Positions 8,587-19,089 of a stretch of 64,000 nucleotides of DNA are shown piece by piece (within the stretch, counting starts at the first letter, position 1; every line of letters begins with the position of its first letter). The notes beneath the pieces are model-generated. The model did no database searches, was not told the DNA's origin, and was given only the letters and a program-made list of their open reading frames with translations. Both the position numbers and the translations under genes were made by a program. The DNA is from an uncultured virus (IMG/VR IMGVR_UViG_3300023180_000043) (lineage: Duplodnaviria > Heunggongvirae > Uroviricota > Caudoviricetes). The DNA is taken from the IMG/VR virus record IMGVR_UViG_3300023180_000043. One strand, given 5' to 3'.

Positions 8587-8912
8587 ATGTTCTAGAAGTA
8601 CTTAAAACGATTGAAGTTCTTGAAGGTAAGATTCAACTCTGCGTATTGGTGAAAGAGTACATCTCAAAGATTAAGAGTGAGGAAGAGTCTATTTATGATA
8701 AAGAGCTCGGTAATAATCTCAATACGATATGCGATGAGGCACTGGTTCAGTTAGACACCTTGCACCAAAGTATGTTAGGTGACTTAAAAACAATACACAA
8801 ATCTGAGGTGAAAGTTGATAGTGGTAAAAGCAAAGGACCCAGAACACGCAAAACTTCCAGTAAAACAACTGCTACAAAAAGTAGTGGAGCCGGAAGTCGA
8901 AAGAGCAAGTAG
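8583..8912 (+). CDS. hypothetical protein with basic low-complexity tail
   Basis: ATGA coupling; GGAG SD. Confidence 0.75.
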   Translation: MNVLEVLKTIEVLEGKIQLCVLVKEYISKIKSEEESIYDKELGNNLNTICDEALVQLDTLHQSMLGDLKTIHKSEVKVDSGKSKGPRTRKTSSKTTATKSSGAGSRKSK

Positions 8913-9012
8913 GGTTTTTGAGAAAGTAACGAAATCAAAAATGACAGGGATGGAGAAGGAGATTCTTAAGTTTTACCTGTTTCATTGTATAAAGGGTACT
9001 ACTGATGAATAA
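8815..9012 (+). CDS. small hypothetical protein overlapping the previous gene
   Basis: GAGGTG SD at 8805-8810; fills the 8913-9004 gap. Confidence 0.5.
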   Translation: MIVVKAKDPEHAKLPVKQLLQKVVEPEVERASRVFEKVTKSKMTGMEKEILKFYLFHCIKGTTDE

Positions 9013-9271
9013 AGAGCAGAAAATAATTGAAGAGATCATACGAAGTCTTGTTGATGAGAAAGAAAAAGTTGAGGTCACCTGTACGCTTACTAGCCACACA
9101 GCTGTATATGATATTAAGGTTGCCAATAAAGATGTTGGGAAAGTTCTTGGGAAAAAGGGAGCATACGCAGACGCATTACGTACCATTTTTGGAGCAATAT
9201 ACGGAAAGTCTGGAAAGAAACTACACTTACAGGTATATGTTGAGCCTAAAGTCCAAAAAGAAGTAAAGTAA
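9005..9271 (+). CDS. khpA: KH-domain RNA-binding protein, KhpA/YlqC-like
   Basis: 88 aa; IIRSLVD..V.V....V...DVGKVLGKKG...ALRTI with GxxG loop, matching KhpA architecture. Confidence 0.85.
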   Translation: MNKEQKIIEEIIRSLVDEKEKVEVTCTLTSHTAVYDIKVANKDVGKVLGKKGAYADALRTIFGAIYGKSGKKLHLQVYVEPKVQKEVK

Positions 9272-9322
9272 AACATCACAAGTCTTTCTGTATTAAGTTA
9301 GAATAATAACAAAGAGAGACAC

Positions 9323-12300
9323 ATGGATCCTACACAAGTACAGCAAAACGTTGCACCTCCCGGCACTTTTAATCCTCAATACGGGATCGGAGGTCAGGGA
9401 CAACCACAAGGGCAAGCCTTACCAGCACCTGGTCTAAGGGATATGATGAACTCGCCTGTGGCGACGAGTCAACAATATACAGCACTTTCCGGGATGTATG
9501 CTGCGTCTGCGGCTGGACAGTCTATGCAGTATGGTGGCATGATGCTGGGTATGGGGTTACCCATGATGCGACCAGCACTGGAGGCTGCAACAAGCAGTAC
9601 AACAACTTTTGGCCGTGCTGTTAGGGGTGCTAAGTATATAGATGCTTTCGAAGCTCCGATGATGCTTGGTAGGAATCTGTATGGTGGGATTGCAGGAAGC
9701 GCAGCAGGAACAGGTACATCCTTCTTTAGTATGCGATTACCGAGAATGGCGAGAGTAGCAGGGGGTGCGGCTGCTGGTATTGCAGGAATCGCAACTGGTG
9801 GATTGCTCATGGCTGCCTCTGAAGGCTTAATGCGTGCAGGGGAGATGACGTATGAAGGTGCAGCGGGTCTGGCTAGAGGTGCAGGCTTTGCATCCAACTT
9901 TGTAGGGAATGATTTTAGCTACTCGCAATCTCAAGCGGAGAATATGGGTAGACACGGGGGCTTCCTAGACTCACTACAAAGCCAGACTGGATTAAACTTT
10001 GATCAGGTCAGTCAAATGACTGGGGTGCTTAAAGCGCAGGGGTCTTTAAGCGGAGCTTCTAACTTAAAGCAGTTCAAAACTAAGTTATTGCAATCCCTTA
10101 GACAACTTAAAGAAATATCAGATGAAGCAAACATAAGCATAGATGAAGCAAATCAGATTGTGCAAAGTTTGGGTAGTGCATACGGAGATAGTTCTGGTGG
10201 GCATAAAATGTTAGCAGGAATTAAAGATGCCAGCACAGCCCTTGTGGCAAGATCTAGATCCTCTGGTATTGGTGTTGGCCAGATGATGCAACTGGGTCAA
10301 GTAGGGGCTCAAACAGCATTCCAAGCAGGGCTAGGTAGAGCTTATGGTGCCACCATGACTCAAGGGATGGCTGGGACACTTGCTGGTCTGTACGAGTCAG
10401 GTGGTGTTAATCGATCTTATGTAGATGCACTCGGCGGTAAAGAGGCTGTTGCTGCCACATTAAGTCAAAAGCTAATGCAATCAAATGCCCAGTTCGGGAT
10501 GATGTTCACAAAGGTCGACGAAAAGGGTGTTGCCAGTATCGACTACGCAAAAATACAAGATATTCAATCTGGCAAAACATCTCTAGAGAAAGAGATGGAA
10601 AAAATTATGAACCCTACATCAATCACACAGGTTCAGGAACAACAGAAAAGGATGCAAGCTTTCTTGGATAATCCGAATCTGGCTGGTAAGGTACAGGAAG
10701 AGTCTTTACGTTTAATTCAAACAGCTGCTCGTAATGACCCGGGGTCACTAGAAAATGTACTAGGCATGCATAGACGTCAGATTGGTATGTTGGGTCAGGT
10801 TCTAGATGGAAGCGAGGCAGAGGCAAGAAGAGTAGAAGCAGAAAGACGTCGAGGTATGAATGTTGCAGCTGAGCAAGGTATCTTTGCAAGAAGCGCTCAG
10901 CATGGCGTAGGCGACCTGTTTTATCAAGCTTACGGGATTGGTAAGTTTGACGATGCGTTCAGAGGCTTCGGTGAAGGGCTGGCAAGAGCTGGCTCTTCTA
11001 TGATGGCACCATTTAGAAATACAACCTCAACACCTATTGGTATCTCAGACTCTGCAATTAGTAGCTATCAAAGCATACTTCAAAACCGGTCTAAAGGGAT
11101 CGGATTTTCTGCTGCAGACGTTCAGCGTTTAACCAGATTTGGCGCATCCGCTGCGCCAGGCGGCGGTAGGGGCTTAGGCGGTTTCTTTTTGGGTGGTAGC
11201 GATATGGATCTTAGAGAAGCGCTAACTACGGATCCAAGGTACCAAAGATTCATGGGTCTAGGCGGTTCTGAAGGTATAGACGGTCTTGACTATTTAGAAG
11301 TTGATCCAGTAGGCTTAAACATGCTGAGAAGTTCCCAGCAAATGAGATTAGTAGGACACGCCTCCTTAGGGCAGGATCTTATGAAACAAAACAGGGCATT
11401 TGGCAATGTACGATCTCAGTTTGGTGGAGAGATGGAGTATGCAGCAATCAATGTGGCCCGAGAGCTAAATATGGCAGGCACATTAGGTAAAGGTGCAGGC
11501 GGGTACGGAGAGGCTACAGATTCACAAATGAACGCTATCGTTAGAAGATTCCAGCAGAAGGGTGTTCAGTTTAGACGATCAGGGTTTAGAGGTAAGAACT
11601 TTGAAAATAAAGAAAAAGCCAAAAACCTTTCGCTACTTTTGGGTAGAAGCGCAACATCTATTGAACAGGAGCTGCGAGGAAAATCTCCTGCTCAAATAGA
11701 CCAGGCATTATCTCAATATGAATCCCAACTTACAGACGATCAACGTAAAAAGTATAAAAATAATATGAGAGCTGCAGCGGATGCTGGCTATGAAGTAACA
11801 GATGAAAGGGAAATGCAACTGATGGCAAAGCAAATGCTTTCGATGACAGGAGAGATAGATGAAGAAGGGTTAAGGGACTACTTCCAAACTGATCAAGCAT
11901 CCCTCGATTTAGGTTTCTCCAATGCGGACGCGGCGAGAAACTCTTTATTAGGCATTAAAACCGGTGGGCAGGTTACATATACTACCTATGCATTACCGAC
12001 CGTAGGTGGGATGCTGTTTTCAGACATAACGAGTATTGGAAAAGCCACCAAATCGTACGATATTGAGCTTGGAGAAAAAGATATTAAAGACCTCTCAGGC
12101 GATCAGATGTATCGGGCTAGCCAAATCTTAGGAGATTCTGGTAAAAGTAAACAGCAGAAAATCAAAGAGATTGGAGATCTTGGGGTAAACGATAGTCTAT
12201 TGCAAAAGTTAACACAAGCAGTTGAAAACGGAGATCCACAAGTTCTTCAGAAACTGCAGTCTAAGATGAACTTAGCTGGCCAAGCTATACTGGACTTCGA

Positions 12301-12868
12301 GGTAGGTGGGAAGATCAATAAGCGAATGCAGGAAGTTGGTCGTGGGGAGGGTAGCTATTTAAGATCTCTTGGTGTTGGTGAAGATGTTATTAGCGACCTT
12401 AAAACTTTTGATACAGATAAGGGAAGCAGTGTAGGTTCAAGATTATTACTAACAGGTCTTCGTTCGGATACTGCAGCAGAGAGAGGAGCCTACTTTCAAG
12501 GATTGGCCCTTTCAGGCTTTGGTGGGATAGGAAACATTGCTGGAGCTGCATCTGCATTGATGGGAGATAATGCAAAGGCAAGAGCTGACGTTATTAAGAA
12601 GCTTGGTCTAGGCATCGATCCATCTCAAAAACTTAATGCAGAAGAAGCAACAAAAGTTCTTAAAGACAATGGACTTCTTGATGTTGCAAGAATGCAGGCT
12701 GCCGGTGTTGGAGGTAGAGGCTCAAGAGTTAAAGCCAACGACTTTGGATCTGCAGTTATGCAGTTCACTAGAGCAGTAAGTCTCTTTGCAGCAGCGGCAG
12801 GGGAAGATCCAGCAAATGAACAGGTAGCAGGGGTAGGATATTCAGAGCCTCCCTCCAGTCCGAATTAG
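9323..12868 (+). CDS. tape-measure-like protein (1181 aa)
   Basis: Long Gly/Ala/Met/Gln-rich helical protein directly upstream of baseplate genes. Confidence 0.6.
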   Translation: MDPTQVQQNVAPPGTFNPQYGIGGQGQPQGQALPAPGLRDMMNSPVATSQQYTALSGMYAASAAGQSMQYGGMMLGMGLPMMRPALEAATSSTTTFGRAVRGAKYIDAFEAPMMLGRNLYGGIAGSAAGTGTSFFSMRLPRMARVAGGAAAGIAGIATGGLLMAASEGLMRAGEMTYEGAAGLARGAGFASNFVGNDFSYSQSQAENMGRHGGFLDSLQSQTGLNFDQVSQMTGVLKAQGSLSGASNLKQFKTKLLQSLRQLKEISDEANISIDEANQIVQSLGSAYGDSSGGHKMLAGIKDASTALVARSRSSGIGVGQMMQLGQVGAQTAFQAGLGRAYGATMTQGMAGTLAGLYESGGVNRSYVDALGGKEAVAATLSQKLMQSNAQFGMMFTKVDEKGVASIDYAKIQDIQSGKTSLEKEMEKIMNPTSITQVQEQQKRMQAFLDNPNLAGKVQEESLRLIQTAARNDPGSLENVLGMHRRQIGMLGQVLDGSEAEARRVEAERRRGMNVAAEQGIFARSAQHGVGDLFYQAYGIGKFDDAFRGFGEGLARAGSSMMAPFRNTTSTPIGISDSAISSYQSILQNRSKGIGFSAADVQRLTRFGASAAPGGGRGLGGFFLGGSDMDLREALTTDPRYQRFMGLGGSEGIDGLDYLEVDPVGLNMLRSSQQMRLVGHASLGQDLMKQNRAFGNVRSQFGGEMEYAAINVARELNMAGTLGKGAGGYGEATDSQMNAIVRRFQQKGVQFRRSGFRGKNFENKEKAKNLSLLLGRSATSIEQELRGKSPAQIDQALSQYESQLTDDQRKKYKNNMRAAADAGYEVTDEREMQLMAKQMLSMTGEIDEEGLRDYFQTDQASLDLGFSNADAARNSLLGIKTGGQVTYTTYALPTVGGMLFSDITSIGKATKSYDIELGEKDIKDLSGDQMYRASQILGDSGKSKQQKIKEIGDLGVNDSLLQKLTQAVENGDPQVLQKLQSKMNLAGQAILDFEVGGKINKRMQEVGRGEGSYLRSLGVGEDVISDLKTFDTDKGSSVGSRLLLTGLRSDTAAERGAYFQGLALSGFGGIGNIAGAASALMGDNAKARADVIKKLGLGIDPSQKLNAEEATKVLKDNGLLDVARMQAAGVGGRGSRVKANDFGSAVMQFTRAVSLFAAAAGEDPANEQVAGVGYSEPPSSPN

Positions 12869-12878
12869 GAGAGATAGG

Positions 12879-13091
12879 ATGGCAACAGAAACAAAGTCTG
12901 TAATTGTAGAAGGAAAGCAGGTAAAGGTAGTTACTTTTGCTGATGATGAGATTAGCCCGGAAGTGGTGACTTCACTCTTATGCAGAGGCTCAACATTGGC
13001 TAGAATGAGTCTTGTAAAAGATACCACAAAGGTTATGCCAAGAGATCTGCGCAGAAAGTTAGTAAAAGATGTATTCAAGGGGCAGCAATGA
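12879..13091 (+). CDS. hypothetical protein (70 aa)
   Basis: SD present; coupled to the next gene. Confidence 0.7.
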   Translation: MATETKSVIVEGKQVKVVTFADDEISPEVVTSLLCRGSTLARMSLVKDTTKVMPRDLRRKLVKDVFKGQQ

Positions 13092-14107
13092 GTTTAGTTA
13101 CAATACTTAGTGATCCATTCATCGATGATATTGCCAGCTCAACTACAGCTGCCTTACAGCAATCCGACTCCACGCAAGCCTTGGTTAGACGGCCAACCTT
13201 TGGCGTTCTACATGGAGAGGAGTACTTTGCCTACATTTCTGTAAAGTCTAGTATTAGTGATACGTCAGATCCATCTCAGCCAAAGTACATTAGTATTATT
13301 GACTCTAGTTCTCCGAATGGTACCAGTCAACATAATCATAACTTTATGCTTACCCAGGTGGACTTCGCTCTCCAGGAGAAAGCTCAGATTGTACAAACCT
13401 TTGGAACAGATTATGCATTCTTCTTTGGACAACAACCAATTATTTTAAGTTGCGCCGGATTTCTTTTAAACTCAAGAGATTTTAACTGGTATTCTGAATG
13501 GATGTACAACTACCAGACATATCTAAGAGGCTCTGCTTGTGTGAAGTCAAAGTCCAGAGTGTATCTTGGCTTTAAAAATCATATCGCAGTCGGGTACTTG
13601 ATGAGCACAAATGTAAGTATCAATGCGTCTCAAGAAAATACGATGGGTTTTAACTTTACAATGCTTCTTACAAACTTTGTGGACTACTCAAGATACAATA
13701 CTAGAAGTATCACAGATACGGATGATACGGGCTACACAGTAAAAAGTACAGTAGGAGGAAGAGATGTTGAGTACGTTCGTGGGAAGCCAGATTCTCCAGC
13801 TCCTCCTATTTCTTACGTTGATTTCTTAAAGTATCAAGTAGCGGATACAACAGATGCTTTTAATGTTATGCCTTCTGTTGATATGCTTAACTCTACTTGG
13901 TGGTTACCTGATGCGCAACCTCTGAGTAAAGAGCACGCCTTCCAAGAGCTTGCAATTCTACAGTATATGGAAGAAAACAATGTTTCTAGAGAACAGGCTC
14001 AGATAGCTGGTCTTCAAGGAAAACTACTTTCATCCGATCCAAAGAACTTAAGAAACTTAGAGAGCGTATTTGCAAGAAATCCTAGTAGCGGAGTTATCGT
14101 AAAATGA
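13088..14107 (+). CDS. putative tail-tube initiator/baseplate protein
   Basis: Position between TMP and hub; beta-rich EKAQIVQTFG..FFG..P..L.CAGFL region. Confidence 0.5.
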   Translation: MSLVTILSDPFIDDIASSTTAALQQSDSTQALVRRPTFGVLHGEEYFAYISVKSSISDTSDPSQPKYISIIDSSSPNGTSQHNHNFMLTQVDFALQEKAQIVQTFGTDYAFFFGQQPIILSCAGFLLNSRDFNWYSEWMYNYQTYLRGSACVKSKSRVYLGFKNHIAVGYLMSTNVSINASQENTMGFNFTMLLTNFVDYSRYNTRSITDTDDTGYTVKSTVGGRDVEYVRGKPDSPAPPISYVDFLKYQVADTTDAFNVMPSVDMLNSTWWLPDAQPLSKEHAFQELAILQYMEENNVSREQAQIAGLQGKLLSSDPKNLRNLESVFARNPSSGVIVK

Positions 14108-17100
14108 GTTTCTCCGCTTCAGAGTTAGGACTAAAAGTATATATCGAAGGCATACAGGTTCCAGTTATCGGTGTTAGCACTACCTTTACTGAGGGGCAAC
14201 CTGCCTCTGCGCAGATTAGAATGCTTCCTGCTAAGGGCTTTACCTGTATAAAGCCAAGATCACTGGTACAGATCTTTTACCTTACGGCAAATACGGAAGA
14301 TGATCCAAGCCCGCACTTCACAGACCAGTATGGTGAAAATCTTGAAGAAAGTGCATTGGAGGGCGCCGAGAGGATCGGAGCGATAGACTTCGATAAGAAA
14401 TTAGGTCGTAGATACAAGCTCCTATTCACTGGAGAGTATATTGGATTCTCTTATGCAAAGACCGTGCAAGGTAGGGCGTTAGTACTAGACTGCCTAGACC
14501 CTACAAACTATCTATCTGTTATCAAGCAAGGAGCGTCTAATTATAGATCAGGTGGGTTTGAGCAGATCGAGCAGACATTCCTAGGAACTCGAAGAGATAA
14601 AGATGATAGAACCTTCTTCGGCAAAGACTTAACAGATAACTTTACAAAGTGGTTAGGTTCTACAAAGCACTACGAGATCGGCTCAGACACTCCCACCTCT
14701 TTTGATCCAAATCCATCTACTGAGACAGCAGCCAATAAAGGAAATGATGAAAGTGGGTGGAGAAAGACGCAGGCCACAAACGTAATTACAGGCTTGCACC
14801 GAAGTATTCTTACTTCCTTTTGTGTACACAATACCTTTTACGCTAAGCAACTGAACCGAAATCGAATACCAGATACTCTTGTAGGGCTTAGAGGAGATAC
14901 TTCAGCAGACAAGCTCTTTGATAATAAAGTATTTAAGAAGTGGCTTAAGACTAGGATTGCAGGGGGAAGGGGTCAATACAAGAACTTAGCAGAAGTTATA
15001 CAGCAGATTATGGGCGTCTTAATGTACAACTCAGTGACTATACCAAGTCCTAAGATGGTCAAGTCTTATAAACGTGGCGAACGCATGAAGCCTTACAACG
15101 ATTGGGTTTCATGGAAGAATGAGGGTAAAGAAGGTGGCCTAGGCTTATACAATAATGGTCCATTCAGAGAGCATCACTTAGGCACTTCCCTAAACTACCA
15201 TCTGATAAAGCCCGACTTTTGGTATTTTCCTCCACCGTCTTGCAATATTATCTTTCCTGATCAGTATACAAACTTCTCTTATGGCAGAAACTTTCTACAA
15301 GAACCAACTCGAATGATTATGCGCACCCAGGCGATGCTTAAGAGTACTGGTAAGCGGAAAGTTAAAAATACGTACTCGGAGAGAAATTTAACATCAGGTG
15401 TCATCTTTTCAACATCCAGCTACACTTCTTCTAGTCTAAAGTCTTTGGCTGAGCGTACCTATGCGCCGGACTTTGAACGATTCTCAGAACTTACAGAAAA
15501 AGGCGTAGGATACAAGGCAAAACTTTACTCAGTAATTATGCCTCATGAGCAGTATGTTGGTCCAAATACTATCTTCACTTGGGAAGGTGATATGGGTGGA
15601 TTTGGTTCTAAGAAAGCAAGAGCAGAGTACTTAAGAATCTTTACTGACTACCTATTCTGGAAAATCTACTTTTCTGCTCGAGCAGGTAGCTTAGAGATGA
15701 CATTCAGTCCGCAGGTTGTTCCAGGCTTCTCCACGTTAATTATGGATGATATGACAGAGCTGCCTGAGGGGCAGTCCCCATATTCAGAAAACGGATACAA
15801 CCCAGAGGGTAGTTTTGCCGATCACCATTATGGGTACGTTACCTCTGTAACGCATGATATTGGACAGGGTGGTGCTACGACAAGATTGGGTCTTACTGCA
15901 TTGAGGCATTTTGAAGAAGACATAGACTTTGATGGTATAGAGTATGGAACTCAGGGGGATCCGCTATTTCGTCAAACAGCTTTTGAGGATATCGTTGTAC
16001 GACCTATGCGAGATTACTTCGATTCTCGTTATCATCCTGAGAACATCGGTAAGCAGTTTTATTTCCCTATACTCGGGTGCACTTCAATCCTGGAAAAAGT
16101 AGCTGATCAAGCAGGCGGTACAATCTTACCGGCCGAGGTTGAAACAAAGGGAGGCACGTTAAGTCTCCGTGATTGCGCAAAGCGTCTTGAATTCATGTAC
16201 AGGTTTAGGTTTGTAGACGGTCCACTTAAAGATAGATCTGTTCAATCTCAACTGTCTGGGATGGGGCATAAGCCAGATGCAGCAAGCTCTATTGTGAAGG
16301 TAGCAGATAAGAATTCTTTTGTAAAAGACATGACCCAGAGGCTAGGTATTCCTGGAGAATATGACATCATAGGGCCTGATACCTATGCATACAATCTATA
16401 CTTTGCAAAAAGCCAAAGGGGTTCAGATAAATATATAGCTCCAGGTCCAGACGGTTTGCGGGGCTTTACAATGGACGCAGAAGAGCAGGCCATAGTCGCT
16501 TTTGAAAAGAAAGATCAGTTTGTTTCTTTACGGTATACAGACGTTCTCGAAGGAACACTCCGACTTGGTTCAAGTACTTACCCAGAAGAAGCAGGCTTCT
16601 ATGAAGCTAGCTTCAATCCTGTTTTAAGAAAAAGACTATACAATAAAGAATCTGGAATACCTGACACAGCTTCCTTAAGAGGAATACGAGATAAGATACT
16701 CCCAGCAAGAGATGCCAACTATTCTAGAGATATTTACTCTTGCTACTTTGAGCAGGAAAGATATAAGTCTGGTGTTAGTACTACTAAGGTTCCGGATACG
16801 CGTTATGTTCCATTTGTTGCTGTAGAGGGCTTAAACTCTTATGAACTGAGAGCAAGAAATGCTATGCTTGGGCAAAAAACTGAGGCAGAGATCATAGCAG
16901 AAGCTGACGCAGGATATGTATTTAACTTTACAGACCCGTCTACTCCAGACGCGCCAACATCCTTTAGTGTAAAGCACTTAGCGCAGATTCAAAGTTCTGA
17001 AAATCCCGACAAGAAGACAAATCAATACAAAGTTCGCACCAAAGCTTTTATGTTTGGGTTAAGTTATGAGATGAAAGAACGTAGAGATTGCGTTATTAAG

Positions 17101-17136
17101 TACGTAAACTCTCTTCTGCTTAAGGGGCTAAAATGA
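14104..17136 (+). CDS. putative baseplate hub (gp27/gpD-like), 1010 aa
   Basis: N-terminal KVYIEGIQVPV..ASAQI and later FSPQVVPG..GYVTSVTHDI..TTRLGL are hub-like; position after TMP. Confidence 0.6.
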   Translation: MSFSASELGLKVYIEGIQVPVIGVSTTFTEGQPASAQIRMLPAKGFTCIKPRSLVQIFYLTANTEDDPSPHFTDQYGENLEESALEGAERIGAIDFDKKLGRRYKLLFTGEYIGFSYAKTVQGRALVLDCLDPTNYLSVIKQGASNYRSGGFEQIEQTFLGTRRDKDDRTFFGKDLTDNFTKWLGSTKHYEIGSDTPTSFDPNPSTETAANKGNDESGWRKTQATNVITGLHRSILTSFCVHNTFYAKQLNRNRIPDTLVGLRGDTSADKLFDNKVFKKWLKTRIAGGRGQYKNLAEVIQQIMGVLMYNSVTIPSPKMVKSYKRGERMKPYNDWVSWKNEGKEGGLGLYNNGPFREHHLGTSLNYHLIKPDFWYFPPPSCNIIFPDQYTNFSYGRNFLQEPTRMIMRTQAMLKSTGKRKVKNTYSERNLTSGVIFSTSSYTSSSLKSLAERTYAPDFERFSELTEKGVGYKAKLYSVIMPHEQYVGPNTIFTWEGDMGGFGSKKARAEYLRIFTDYLFWKIYFSARAGSLEMTFSPQVVPGFSTLIMDDMTELPEGQSPYSENGYNPEGSFADHHYGYVTSVTHDIGQGGATTRLGLTALRHFEEDIDFDGIEYGTQGDPLFRQTAFEDIVVRPMRDYFDSRYHPENIGKQFYFPILGCTSILEKVADQAGGTILPAEVETKGGTLSLRDCAKRLEFMYRFRFVDGPLKDRSVQSQLSGMGHKPDAASSIVKVADKNSFVKDMTQRLGIPGEYDIIGPDTYAYNLYFAKSQRGSDKYIAPGPDGLRGFTMDAEEQAIVAFEKKDQFVSLRYTDVLEGTLRLGSSTYPEEAGFYEASFNPVLRKRLYNKESGIPDTASLRGIRDKILPARDANYSRDIYSCYFEQERYKSGVSTTKVPDTRYVPFVAVEGLNSYELRARNAMLGQKTEAEIIAEADAGYVFNFTDPSTPDAPTSFSVKHLAQIQSSENPDKKTNQYKVRTKAFMFGLSYEMKERRDCVIKYVNSLLLKGLK

Positions 17137-18872
17137 CTTGGGAACACTCGCTATCTGCTAACGCTAGTATCTTGGGACTTACAAAAGCTGCTAGTGAAGG
17201 ACATTGGCGTAGGCTAGACTCGGGTTCTATCGGTAAAGACCAAGCAGGAATGCCTGTAGCGGGTAAAACTTGGGTAAGGAAGAGTCGCTTAAAGAGCTGG
17301 TTTAAACCTTATGAACATCAGCAGCAATTTATCGACCAAGTATTAAAGCTGCCTCCTAAAGAGGGTAGTATTGCTGCTCACGGCACTGGTACCGGGAAGA
17401 CAATCTCTAGTATTGCTGCTTTTGAAAATCTTAAAGAGCAAAAAAAAGCTAAGAGGGCATTGGTTGTTGCCCCAGCTGGGTTGAGAACAAACTTCTTAGA
17501 GAGCGGTGTTCAAAAGTTTACAGACAGTAAAGGTGTGATTGCTACCTCTCCAGATATGAAGGTGGGAGATGATGTAGAGTACATTATTGTTTCCTACGCT
17601 GCATTCCGAAGAAATCCGGAAGCCTACGTTGAAAACTTTAAGCCTGATGTAATGATTGTAGATGAGGCTCAGAAGTTGCACAACACACAAGGCAGTTCAT
17701 ACAAGGCAATCAAAGAAGCTCGAGGTAAGATTCCTTACTTCATGGCATTGTCTGCTTCTCCTATACAGAATGATCCATCTGATCTTGCTCCACTGTTAAG
17801 TTTAGCTAGACCTGGAGAAGTAGATGAGGCCACTGGGAAAGTTAAAGGGCGACACCAATTGGCTAGCCGTACTGACATAAATCGATATATTAAAAAGGTT
17901 CCATCAAAGCGGAGAGGGCCATTTGGTGGAAAGCGAACTGAAAAGCAGCTCGTTAATCCAAAGCGATTAGAAAGAGAGCTGGGTCCGAATATACATTATC
18001 TTGAAGACCTTGATGCAGATAAGAAGCCAAGGAAGTCTGCAGAAGAAGTGACAGTTCCAATGTCAAAGGAGCAGAAACGCTACTACAAACAGGCGATGGA
18101 AGGTATTGATCCCAAACTTCGAGCTAAGATTGAGGCTGGCGAAGTAGATAAGATGACCAAAAAGGAGTTGGCACTCTTCATGGTTAGACTTCAGTATGCA
18201 CGTAGAGTATCCAATAGTTTGCACAAACATGTGCCAGGGATGAGTTTAGAGGAAGCCGCAGAAGCTACACCTAAAATCAAGAAAGTATTAGATGATGCGC
18301 AAGAGCATTTGAAGAATACACCAGACGGAAAAATCATTATGTACACAAACTTTGTAGAAGGTGGTGTAGATGTTTTAGAGGCTGGTCTTAAAGCAAGGGG
18401 AATTGAATACGGGGTTTTTGCAGGAAAGTCTCGTAAAGGAATGTCTGAAAAGGTTAGGCAGCAAAATGTAAAAGACTATAAGGCAGGAAAGAAGCGGGTT
18501 ATTTTGATTACGTCAGCTGGAGCTGAAGGACTGTCTCTTGGTAATACGACCATGGTTCAGATGGTAGACCCACACTACAACCCAGAGAAGATGGCACAAG
18601 CTGAGGCAAGGGGTATACGCGCAAAGGGATTGTCCCATAGAGAGAAAAAAGATCGTGTAGTAAAAGTTAAGAGATATGTTACTACCATACCAAAAGGCTT
18701 CTTTGATACTATCTTATTAAGAACACCGCCTAAGTCCATTGACCAGTTTGTGTACCTAACCGCACAGTCTAAAGATCGAATTAACAAAGATATGCGAAAA
18801 GTGATACAATCAAGTTCAGACAAGCGGCAAAGATCTCAAGAATCAATTATTGGAAGGATGTTTGGAGCATAA
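17133..18872 (+). CDS. SNF2/SWI2-family SF2 helicase with N-terminal extension
   Basis: HGTGTGKT (Walker A), VDEAQ, ALSASPIQN, AGAEGLSL and YNP..QAEARGIR motifs. Confidence 0.9.
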   Translation: MTWEHSLSANASILGLTKAASEGHWRRLDSGSIGKDQAGMPVAGKTWVRKSRLKSWFKPYEHQQQFIDQVLKLPPKEGSIAAHGTGTGKTISSIAAFENLKEQKKAKRALVVAPAGLRTNFLESGVQKFTDSKGVIATSPDMKVGDDVEYIIVSYAAFRRNPEAYVENFKPDVMIVDEAQKLHNTQGSSYKAIKEARGKIPYFMALSASPIQNDPSDLAPLLSLARPGEVDEATGKVKGRHQLASRTDINRYIKKVPSKRRGPFGGKRTEKQLVNPKRLERELGPNIHYLEDLDADKKPRKSAEEVTVPMSKEQKRYYKQAMEGIDPKLRAKIEAGEVDKMTKKELALFMVRLQYARRVSNSLHKHVPGMSLEEAAEATPKIKKVLDDAQEHLKNTPDGKIIMYTNFVEGGVDVLEAGLKARGIEYGVFAGKSRKGMSEKVRQQNVKDYKAGKKRVILITSAGAEGLSLGNTTMVQMVDPHYNPEKMAQAEARGIRAKGLSHREKKDRVVKVKRYVTTIPKGFFDTILLRTPPKSIDQFVYLTAQSKDRINKDMRKVIQSSSDKRQRSQESIIGRMFGA

Positions 18873-18873
18873 T

Positions 18874-19089
18874 ATGAGAGATCAAAATGTAAAAGAATAC
18901 CTGATAGAGAAGAGAGCTTTTGATTTTAACGATAGCTTTTTTCTAGTCGATAATGTAGGTGAGTTCATAAAAAAGAAACTAAAACGGTATCCAAGAGCGG
19001 CTAAAGCAGCGCCAATAATTACTGCTTTAGCTGCCGGTGCTGCTTTCAAGCCTACTTATGATTATTTTAAAGAAAAGAGGAAGAAATGA
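18874..19089 (+). CDS. small protein with EYLIEKRA leader
   Basis: GGAG SD; start adjusted to MRDQN. Confidence 0.75.
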   Translation: MRDQNVKEYLIEKRAFDFNDSFFLVDNVGEFIKKKLKRYPRAAKAAPIITALAAGAAFKPTYDYFKEKRKK

